From an uncultured delta proteobacterium (lineage in GTDB: Bacteria > Desulfobacterota > WTBG01 > CAIYCZ01 > CAIRTM01), in NCBI GenBank assembly GCA_963804955.1, contig CAWDSQ010000030.1, forward strand, positions 32,001 to 96,000: DNA of 64,000 nucleotides. Reading direction: 5' to 3'. Both the position numbers and the translations under genes were made by a program. The notes under the pieces are model-generated. The model was not told the DNA's origin. It made no database searches and saw nothing but the letters and a program-made list of their open reading frames with translations. The number at the start of each line of letters is the position of its first letter. Position 1 is the stretch's first letter. This document shows positions 44,560-51,550 of the stretch, one piece after another.

Positions 44560-45117
44560 TTAGTTCTTGGGCTCGATGAGCCACGCCGATAGTCCCTTAA
44601 ACGGTGGGAGCACCGCACCAGAAAATCCTCCGTGGGCAATGATTGCAAATGTGCGGGTTCGTAAGCAGGCAGGCATTGCTTTCGGAACCATTCCATAACG
44701 CATGAAGTAGCCTCCTCGCGAGTGAAATTTACCATTCAGGAAAAACTGGAACTCTTCAAAACCCGATAACGGTCCCCAGCTTATGAACCGAACGAAGTCG
44801 ATGTGTATAGTTTTCTTTAGGAACTTAAAATTGCAGTGAATGTGCCGCGGAGTTGGATTAGGACTCGCCGAGGGATCAGAGCAAGGATAGTTTGCATCGT
44901 CTTCAGCAAGTTCCCAGGTAACATCCAGAGGAATCCTTTGCCAGCTCTCACCGTCGATAGTCATTTTAAACATCTTTTTTGTCTTAGTCTTCTGTAACTG
45001 TTCGAAGGACGGACAATCACCAAACCACGGCGGATAATGCTCATATCGTCTTGAAGGGTCGTAAAAGAAAAGGCCGTTTTTTTCTACTGACAATAAGTTA
45101 TTTAGTGGGCATTTCAT
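44560..45117 (-). CDS. Hypothetical protein directly downstream of the tandem riboswitch leader
   Basis: 185 aa ORF preceded by AAAGGAG; no recognisable motif. Confidence 0.55.
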   Translation of the reverse strand: MKCPLNNLLSVEKNGLFFYDPSRRYEHYPPWFGDCPSFEQLQKTKTKKMFKMTIDGESWQRIPLDVTWELAEDDANYPCSDPSASPNPTPRHIHCNFKFLKKTIHIDFVRFISWGPLSGFEEFQFFLNGKFHSRGGYFMRYGMVPKAMPACLRTRTFAIIAHGGFSGAVLPPFKGLSAWLIEPKN

Positions 45118-45138
45118 GGCAGATTAATCTCCTTTCTC

Positions 45139-45176
45139 AAAACAAAAAACCTCGGGAGCTGGAACAGCCCACGAGG
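45139..45176 (-). terminator. Intrinsic terminator of the proximal aptamer (copy 1)
   Basis: CCTCG-T-GGGCTG-TTC-CAGCTC-C-CGAGG followed by TTTTTTGTTTT. Confidence 0.8.
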
Positions 45177-45182
45177 TTTTTT

Positions 45183-45235
45183 GGCTGTTTAGCACCTTGG
45201 TAAGGCGGTTGCAAGTAACCCTAAATCGGCCCGCC
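45183..45235 (-). ncRNA. SAM-II-like riboswitch aptamer, proximal (copy 1)
   Basis: GGCGG-GCCGAUUUA-GGGUUACUUGCAA-CCGCC-UUACCAAGGU-GCUAAA-CAGCC: P1, GAUUU, CUUGC, GCUAAA, and GGUU/AGCC pseudoknot. Confidence 0.8.
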
Positions 45236-45254
45236 GTAAAACAATTGTATTTTA

Positions 45255-45287
45255 AAATAAAAAAACCCCGTGCTTTGGGGCGCGGGG
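45255..45287 (-). terminator. Intrinsic terminator of the distal aptamer (copy 1)
   Basis: CCCCGCGC-CCCAAA-GCACGGGG followed by TTTTTTTATTTT. Confidence 0.8.
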
Positions 45288-45305
45288 TTAAATACACTTT
45301 TAACC

Positions 45306-45357
45306 GGCCTTTAGCACATTTATATAGCGGAGCAAGTAACCAAACTAAATCACCGCT
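45306..45357 (-). ncRNA. SAM-II-like riboswitch aptamer, distal (copy 1)
   Basis: AGCGG-UGAUUUAGUUU-GGUUACUUGCU-CCGCU-AUAUAAAUGU-GCUAAA-GGCC. Confidence 0.8.
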
Positions 45358-45364
45358 TTGTAAT

Positions 45365-45392
45365 AACATAGTCATTCTTTCAAACAAGTCAA
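45365..45392 (-). promoter_or_regulatory. Probable sigma70 promoter of leader copy 1
   Basis: TTGACT-16 bp-TATGTT; the same boxes and spacing occur in copy 2 although the spacer differs. Confidence 0.65.
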
Positions 45393-45446
45393 TAGCCGCT
45401 GCCCGGCCAAGGCCATTTTTCCCAAATACCAATAGAAATCTGTCCG

Positions 45447-46163
45447 TTACAACAACTTCCCAAAATCCTGCCAACTGGTATGCAGCGAGTCTTTATTTAG
45501 TGTTTCCGCTAATATTTTTAGATACTTCTTTCGTGGTATCGACTTTCCTCCGAGACTCAACATATGGTCAGTTACGGCCTGGCAATCGATAAAATCAAAC
45601 TCAAGCTGCAGCAGTACACGGCACAGGGCAAAAAACGCGAGCTTTGAAGCATTCGGCCGCTGGTGAAACATGGATTCACCGAAAAAAGCTCTTCCAAATG
45701 TGAGCCCGTAGAGGCCACCGCAAAGCTCGTCTCCATCGTAAACCTCAACGCTGTGCGCTATGTGCAGATGGTGCAGTTTGGTATAGACAGCCGGCATATC
45801 GCCATTTATCCAGGGGGCAGTCTGAAACGTCCTTTCCACCCGAGCGCATTGTTCCATAACCCTGGTAAAATTTCTATCAAAGCTGACTGTCAGGCTGGTA
45901 TTCCGGATAAAACTGCGCAGGCTCCGGGAGAGATGCAACTCGGATGGATACAAAACCAGGCGTGGATTCGGAGAATACCAGGGAATAGGATCCAGTCCGG
46001 ACCAGGGGAATATCCCCCTTGTGTAAGCTTCAACTACGGTGTTAACAGTTATTTTGCCGCCCAGGAAAACCAAACCATCCTTCCGCGGCTGTAATTTTTC
46101 CGGAAACTGTGCTGGGATTTCTCCACGGCGGATATCTTCGAGAATTGTCTTATAGTATTCCAT
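45447..46163 (-). CDS. aat: Leucyl/phenylalanyl-tRNA--protein transferase
   Basis: AYTRGIFPW, WYSPNPR, AHSVEV, GGLYG...FFGESMF, NASK, IDCQ...H. Confidence 0.95.
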   Translation of the reverse strand: MEYYKTILEDIRRGEIPAQFPEKLQPRKDGLVFLGGKITVNTVVEAYTRGIFPWSGLDPIPWYSPNPRLVLYPSELHLSRSLRSFIRNTSLTVSFDRNFTRVMEQCARVERTFQTAPWINGDMPAVYTKLHHLHIAHSVEVYDGDELCGGLYGLTFGRAFFGESMFHQRPNASKLAFFALCRVLLQLEFDFIDCQAVTDHMLSLGGKSIPRKKYLKILAETLNKDSLHTSWQDFGKLL

Positions 46164-46230
46164 TTATACGTTTGAGAGAAAAATTAATAAAGGAACCCGT
46201 TGATTATTGTCGGTAAAACATAGACTCATC

Positions 46231-46867
46231 TTACAAATCGCCTTCCTGTAATACCCGACCAAGACCATTTTTCTCCAGATACCAATAGGTAAAGTGTTTA
46301 GACAGCCAGCTTGCAGCTTTTTCTTCAGCCAGTGGCCGATAACGAGACGTGTAAATAACCGGTATGCAAAAGCGTGCTTCCAAAGCATCAAGTGTTCCCG
46401 AAACAGCATTGGGGTGTGCCTCTGTGCATTCATCATCATATGGCGACTTTATATCTTCATAGCTCGCCTCTACCAGTAAAGCACGCCACCGGTACTGAGC
46501 CAATTTTTCGCACATTTTGAAAAAGCGTGACCGCTGCTGTATCAAGGTTGTTATGAGGTCGGAAAGTGTTTTGCGCTCAATTACGAGCAAGTCTTCCATG
46601 CCTTCTATGCTGTAATCACCAACGTCAAGCTTCTGCCTTCTTTCGCCGGCAATCCAGTTGGGAAACCTGCTGAAATCAAGAGGGAGTTTTTCACGGGTAT
46701 CGACCAAAACAACAGGCTTGGGAATTTGCCGTGTAATGCTGTGACCGCCACGCTTCACAATTAATCGGCCCGATGGCGGTGCTACAGGATTTTGGTGTTG
46801 TATCGGTTCATCAAGTTCATCCTGATCGGATTCTTCGACATCTTGAGGAGATCTGATCTTTTGGCAT
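46231..46867 (-). CDS. ERCC4/XPF-like nuclease domain protein (probable start MPKDQI, frameshift shortly after)
   Basis: VDTRE, GDYS and IERKTLSDL ERCC4 motifs; AAAGGAG RBS before ATG 46867. Confidence 0.85.
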
Positions 46868-46894
46868 ATACACTCCTTTATATCGTTATAGTGG

Positions 46895-46972
46895 TTATAG
46901 AAACAGAAGAACCCCCAGTGCGGCAAGAGCAATACCGAAACCTGCAAGACCAATCAATATATCTTCTTTCAT
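46895..46972 (-). CDS. 25-aa single-TM small protein
   Basis: MKEDILIGLAGFGIALAALGVLLFL*; AGAAGGGGGG RBS; fills the gap between ARH and ERCC4 genes. Confidence 0.6.
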   Translation of the reverse strand: MKEDILIGLAGFGIALAALGVLLFL

Positions 46973-47029
46973 GTAGCCCCCCTTCTATCCAATTATAAGC
47001 CTTTAATGGCAGTATACTGGTTTAGCCGG

Positions 47030-47807
47030 TCATTTGTTCTTACAATATTTTTCCGTGAATGCCTTCGTGATATCTCCAAGCCGGGCGTCCAGTACTTCGT
47101 AGACTTTTTCCTGAATTAAGGCCGGAACGCCTTTGTAGAAAGCCTGCGCTATGCCGCCAGTAATACAGGTGAGCGTATCGGTGTCTCCACCCAGCGATAC
47201 TGCCGTTCTTATGGCATCTTCAAAATCGCTGGAATCAATGAATGCCCGTATTGCCTGCGGAACAGTGCCCTGGGACGAAACATCGAAACTGTATGTCGGC
47301 CGGATCTCGTCCACGTGTTTGCTCAGATCATAGCCGAACCATGCTTCAATCGTGTTTTTGATCTCAGCCTTTGACTTCCCTGTCCGGGCAAGGAATATCG
47401 CAGACAGCGGTTGCTTGCCCTCCCTTGATTCCTTCAGGATGATTATGGGTAATCTCGGTATACTCCTTTGCCTTTTGCAGTACCGTGTCCAGATCATCAA
47501 AAGCATACCCCACAGGGCTGATGCGCATGGCAGCGCCATTGCCCCAGCTGTTGTAGGGTTCTGATGACGTGCTTTGCGCCCATTCATCAAAGTTGCCGCC
47601 ATACCCTCTGTGCGGATACCAGCAGTAGAATTTCTTGAGATTGTCGATATATGGCGTTCCGGTCAAAATAGTATCGGCCAGTGCGATTGTCAGAACCGAG
47701 TCGTCTGTGAAATGACATTTTTTAGAGAACAACTCAAACTGTTTGGTCTTGATGTTGTCCCACTCGTACACCGAACCGATGATGTCACCTGCTATTGCAC
47801 CTATCAT
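47030..47807 (-). CDS. ADP-ribosylglycohydrolase family protein (frameshift near 47405)
   Basis: GAIAGDIIGS, FTDDS, SWGNGAAMR, THNH, then AVSLGGDTDT in the next frame. Confidence 0.92.
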
Positions 47808-47920
47808 TTATTCACTCCGTCCTAAACTAAAAATTTATTATGTTGCTCATTGCATCATCAAAAGGCGCAATCAGCATATCTGCAAACATCTGACTGGTAA
47901 GCATGCTCATCTCAATACCG

Positions 47921-48579
47921 TCAGTGAAGCTTGTGATCTTTCCTGTCATTGAGATCAAAATCCATCTTCTTTTTTTTGTTACTTCGATAATCAGTGGTGT
48001 TGCACGAGAGGACTAGCAAAAGCATCTCGTGTACCTTTAGCGTCCTTGACATATGCAAGGTTTGCCTGCTTGTCTATGCCGTATGACTCTGCGTCCCGAA
48101 TCGCATCTAAATCAGAGCTGAGAAAAACAAACTGCCAGTCGTTCTTTTTTGTTTTTTCGTCTATCATTTTCACGATCTGAGCTCTGTTGAACTCGCGGCT
48201 GGCGTTCTCCTGCCCGTCAGTGACGATGGCCAGCACGACTTTTGAAGGCTGTGATTTTTCATCAATGCTTGCCAAGAGAGGCTTCCAGGTCGTTTATGCC
48301 TCTTCCGATCGCGTCCAGCAGCGGCGTGGAGGCCCGCGGGACATATACATTTCGGTCCAGTTTAGGGACTTCAGCAACAGGGGCAAAGCGGCAAATAACC
48401 TCATAGGGGTCCTGGGAGTCAAACTGAACGAGTGTCATTGTGGCCTTCCCGGGCAACTTTTGCTGCTCATCCAAAAATGCGTTGAAGCCGCCGATAATGT
48501 CATCGCGTATGCTTTCCATGGAACCGGTCCTGTCAAGGATAACGGTTATGTGCGTGTAATCGTTTTTTTCATTTTTCAT
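47921..48579 (-). CDS. VWA domain protein (frameshifts near 48270 and 48010)
   Basis: MIDAS-like ILDRTGSM, TPLLDAIG, VTDGQENAS, WQFVFL; AAAGGAG RBS. Confidence 0.88.
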
Positions 48580-48649
48580 GGCATTCTCCTTTGTAAAACG
48601 TGGTTTATTGTCTCTTGTCTTTCCCTGTGATTTTCTATGTTCTGAATAA

Positions 48650-48688
48650 AGTATAGCGGTTGGTTTTGTCATATAAGGACAAAACCAA
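48650..48688 (-). promoter_or_regulatory. Palindromic operator next to a TATACT -10 box upstream of the VWA gene
   Basis: TTGGTTTTGTC-N7-GACAAAACCAA perfect 11-bp inverted repeat (48660-48688); TATACT at 48655-48650. Confidence 0.6.
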
Positions 48689-48734
48689 ATTTTTTATCTT
48701 AGAGTCTGTACGAAAAGCCAAAGCACCTTCGTTT

Positions 48735-48808
48735 TGTCATTCTGAGCGCAGCGAAGAATCTCGTCGTTTTAATGAATTCAGAGATCCTTCACTTCGTTCA
48801 GGATGACA
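48735..48808. repeat. TGTCA-family REP-like palindrome (copy 2)
   Basis: TGTCATTCTGAGCGCAGCGAAGAATCTC...GAGATCCTTCACTTCGTTCAGGATGACA. Confidence 0.75.
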
Positions 48809-48911
48809 TTAAATGACTTTTCATACCCGTTCGTGCTTAAACTCAACATACGGTGACCCGGATAACAATATTGAGATCAAGATATTTTGTTTTTTTTGCC
48901 TCCTTTTTTAC

Positions 48912-48947
48912 AACAAAAAACCCCGAGAGCTGGAACAGCCCACGAGG
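48912..48947 (-). terminator. Intrinsic terminator of the proximal aptamer (copy 2)
   Basis: CCTCG-T-GGGCTG-TTC-CAGCTC-T-CGGGG followed by TTTTTTGTT. Confidence 0.75.
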
Positions 48948-48953
48948 TTTCCT

Positions 48954-49006
48954 GGCTGTTTAGCACTTTGGTAAGGCGGCTGCAAGTTGCCGTAAATCGA
49001 CCCGCC
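48954..49006 (-). ncRNA. SAM-II-like riboswitch aptamer, proximal (copy 2)
   Basis: GGCGG-GUCGAUUUA-CGGCAACUUGCAG-CCGCC-UUACCAAAGU-GCUAAA-CAGCC. Confidence 0.78.
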
Positions 49007-49025
49007 GTAAAACAATTGTATTCTA

Positions 49026-49056
49026 AAACAAAAAAACCCGTGCTTTAGGGCACGGG
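49026..49056 (-). terminator. Intrinsic terminator of the distal aptamer (copy 2)
   Basis: CCCGTGC-CCTAAA-GCACGGG followed by TTTTTTTGTTTT. Confidence 0.8.
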
Positions 49057-49074
49057 CTAACTACGCTTTTAACC

Positions 49075-49125
49075 GGCCTTTAGCACATTTATAAAGCGGA
49101 GCAAGTAACCTTTTAACTCACCGCT
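49075..49125 (-). ncRNA. SAM-II-like riboswitch aptamer, distal (copy 2; GAUUU changed to GAGUU)
   Basis: AGCGG-UGAGUUAAAA-GGUUACUUGCU-CCGCU-UUAUAAAUGU-GCUAAA-GGCC. Confidence 0.7.
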
Positions 49126-49135
49126 ATTTAATTAT

Positions 49136-49163
49136 AGTATAGGTATGGTTTTTATAAAGTCAA
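49136..49163 (-). promoter_or_regulatory. Probable sigma70 promoter of leader copy 2
   Basis: TTGACT-16 bp-TATACT. Confidence 0.7.
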
Positions 49164-49207
49164 GGGAGCTTTGGCAAAAATCACTCCCTTAAACTACAGC
49201 AGCTTGC

Positions 49208-49255
49208 TCACAGATCGCCTTCCTGTAATACACGGTCAAAACCACTTTTTTCCAG
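49208..49255 (-). pseudogene. 3' remnant of a second ERCC4-domain gene
   Basis: Translates LEKSGFDRVLQEGDL*, versus LEKNGLGRVLQEGDL* at the end of the gene finishing at 46231. Confidence 0.85.
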
Positions 49256-49258
49256 CTT

Positions 49259-49308
49259 GTAGGGCGTGCTATGCCCACCGATTAAAATGGTGGGCGCCAC
49301 ACCCCATG
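49259..49308. repeat. Degenerate GTAG-family REP pair
   Basis: GTAGGGCGTGCTATGCCCACC...GGTGGGCGCCACACCCCAT. Confidence 0.55.
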
Positions 49309-49361
49309 GACTGAAAGATATGGTGCTTCAGGCAGAAACAGCATAAGCGGTATGCAGGTGT

Positions 49362-49405
49362 AAAAACAAACAAACGCCTGCCATATAATAATGGCAGGCG
49401 TTTGT
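49362..49405 (-). terminator. Strong intrinsic terminator
   Basis: Perfect 15-bp stem ACAAACGCCTGCCAT/ATGGCAGGCGTTTGT; T-rich tail on the minus strand. Confidence 0.8.
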
Positions 49406-49410
49406 CGAAA

Positions 49411-49762
49411 GTCTGATGGTGCCGGTGCGTTATTTGGCAAAAAACCCGTTACTCATAGTAGCCCGAAAGCTTCACCCTATAAAGGTCATCATGACCAAAG
49501 GGTATTTGTATTAACAAAGGATTTTGCGCATGTTAACGCTTATCGAACACCTCAGACAGAGAGCCGTCTTTTTTAAAAGAAGGAAGGAGGAGGGGTGTAA
49601 GTCCGTATGGTTTGTTAGACTTAAAACACTCACTTCTCGTTAAGGTTAACTATCGATTACGTTTTACCTCTAGTTGGTGGGTCTGTCGCAGCAACTGCGA
49701 CTGAACATCGTTGCTGTTGATTGCTCAAGTTTGCTGAGCTTAACCCACCTCCTTCCCTCTAT
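49411..49762 (-). ncRNA. Candidate large structured non-coding RNA of unknown family
   Basis: No credible ORF; many nested helices with G-U pairs favouring the minus strand; candidate promoter upstream and terminator downstream. Confidence 0.55.
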
Positions 49763-49860
49763 CTTCTATATAACTCATAAATAGAGATTTACAACAGGGC
49801 CGAGAATATTTTTTAAGTTCAGCCGGTGGCGCATATGCATACATTATGCCACTGGGTATC

Positions 49861-50709
49861 TTATGCGTTCTTTGCTTCCGCGGTTTCGGGAAGGGAGCCA
49901 GCAGCTTTTTGCCCCCTGGCCATGATGATTTCAAAAGTGGCAGGAACGCCCTCCGGGGCGCCGAATTCCTGCTCGTAGAGCTCTATCATGCGGCGCCACA
50001 CCCTGCGCACGCCGGTGCTGCGGTTGCGGTGGGTTGACGCATTGCGCGCGCCCATTCCCTTGATGGCCCGCACAAGCTCGTTGACCGATGCATAGACTGC
50101 CGTAACGCTATAGGTTATGCCCGAGACATGTGTAAAGCCGGCATCTGCCATGTCGCAGCGCATGCGCTTTTCAGTGATGGGAAGGGCAAGAGCCTCTCCC
50201 AGTCCGTAGCCTGTTTCCCGGCTTGCCCGGGTGAATGCCTGCCGCAGTTCGCAAAAGGTATTGGTGCCGAAAGCCGAAAAGATAAAAAGCCCCCCCGGCC
50301 GCAGCACGCGCATGACCTCATCCAGCGCATCGCGCCACTGCTCAAACCACTGATAGGCAAAATTGGAAGCCACAAGATCAAATACCGAATTTGCATAGGG
50401 CAGCTGTTCGGCATCGGCAACAGGAAAGAGCAGGGGCGCCTGCGAAAGCTTGCCCCTGGCATGGGCTATCATATTGAAGGCGATATCGCAGCCGTGAACC
50501 TGTGCCGACGGGTATGCCGCCATGAGCTGTGCCGTCAGGTTGCCGGTGCCCATGCCTATATCGAGCATGCGCGCAGCTGTCTCAGCCGGCAGATCGGCAA
50601 GCTCCAGCAGCCGCGCTCCCATGGACTCCTGCAGGCCTGCATAGTGGTCATAGGTGCAGGCGCTTGCATTGAATGATTTTTTTACAAAGGGCTTGTCAAT
50701 GATCGTCAT
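49861..50709 (-). CDS. bioC: Malonyl-ACP O-methyltransferase
   Basis: IDKPFVKKSFN...YD..A.LQ, LDIGMGTG, IKGMGA; in bioF-bioH-bioC order. Confidence 0.9.
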   Translation of the reverse strand: MTIIDKPFVKKSFNASACTYDHYAGLQESMGARLLELADLPAETAARMLDIGMGTGNLTAQLMAAYPSAQVHGCDIAFNMIAHARGKLSQAPLLFPVADAEQLPYANSVFDLVASNFAYQWFEQWRDALDEVMRVLRPGGLFIFSAFGTNTFCELRQAFTRASRETGYGLGEALALPITEKRMRCDMADAGFTHVSGITYSVTAVYASVNELVRAIKGMGARNASTHRNRSTGVRRVWRRMIELYEQEFGAPEGVPATFEIIMARGQKAAGSLPETAEAKNA

Positions 50710-51509
50710 AGTTTTCTTTTCAGAAAAAGGCGCAAGCGGCTGATAACCTCTCTGCTGCGGGTAAGAAACGGCACATGACCGGTTTGCTGAAACAGCACAA
50801 GCTCCGAGCCGGGGATATGGCTGTGCATGAAGGCCGCCCCTGCGGGGTTGCAGATGCCGTCCTCCTCACCATGCAGTATGAGCGTTGGCACACAGATGCG
50901 CGAAAGGGCTGGCCGCAGGTCCTCCTGCATGAGGCAGGCGAGCAACTCAAGGGCGGCATCTTTGGCCGGTGCACGGGAGGTGTCGGTCATGGCTGCGTAG
51001 CGCATATGTGCGCCGAATAATTCCTGCTCGCCGGGTGTCAGCAGCAGGCTGTAAAAATTTTTCAATCCTTCGGGGTATGAGCGCTCAACCTGCCGATACA
51101 GGCGCCGCACGGTTATCTCGGGGATGCCGCAGGGATAGTCAGGCCTGCTCACCAGGGATGGATTGCCGCTTATGAAAATCAGGCTGTCAAAAAGCCGGGG
51201 CGCCATTTCAAAGGCTTTTAGCAGAATTGAGACTCCCATGGACCAGCCGGCGGCGGCGACCGGGCCGGGAGAGAGGCTGTGCAGCAGATCGATTATATCA
51301 CGGGCACACGCATCGAAGGTGCTGGCGCCGGGGGCGGGCTGCGATGCGCCGTGGCCGCGCAGGTCGACTGTAATGATCTGATGTGTTCCGGATAATTCTT
51401 CCGCCAGTTCCGTAAAGGCGCCGCCGTTCATGGCCCAGCCATGCACGAGAAGAAGGGGAGCCCCCTGGCCGGATATTTGATAGTGGAGTGGTGTTGCTGC
51501 TGTATCCAT
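50706..51509 (-). CDS. bioH: Pimeloyl-ACP methyl ester carboxylesterase (alpha/beta hydrolase)
   Basis: HGWAM, GWSMG, HGEED, GHVPF; between bioF and bioC. Confidence 0.85.
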   Translation of the reverse strand: MDTAATPLHYQISGQGAPLLLVHGWAMNGGAFTELAEELSGTHQIITVDLRGHGASQPAPGASTFDACARDIIDLLHSLSPGPVAAAGWSMGVSILLKAFEMAPRLFDSLIFISGNPSLVSRPDYPCGIPEITVRRLYRQVERSYPEGLKNFYSLLLTPGEQELFGAHMRYAAMTDTSRAPAKDAALELLACLMQEDLRPALSRICVPTLILHGEEDGICNPAGAAFMHSHIPGSELVLFQQTGHVPFLTRSREVISRLRLFLKRKL

Positions 51510-51550
51510 AAGGAGTTCGTACCGGCCTGCAAAACTGCCGGCTGTAAAGC

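Noticed and set aside
44500..44570. attC-like site suggesting integron cassettes at 44094-45117
   Set aside because: The hairpin has GAAC/GTTC ends but R/L box spacing does not fit attC, there is no clear second site, and no integrase is present.
45124..45592. ORFs 45124-45474 (-) and 45197-45592 (+)
   Set aside because: They overlap the duplicated riboswitch/terminator leader and aat, and look like shadow ORFs.
49411..49762. Group II intron, retron or DGR interpretation of the structured region
   Set aside because: No reverse transcriptase in the window, no domain V/VI consensus, and no template/variable repeat pair.
49391..49934. ORFs 49391-49576 (+) and 49740-49934 (-), and the SD-like AAGGAGGTG at ~49746-49754
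   Set aside because: The first ORF starts inside a terminator stem, the second overlaps bioC, and the SD-like run is followed by GGT TAA and is base-paired in the predicted RNA.
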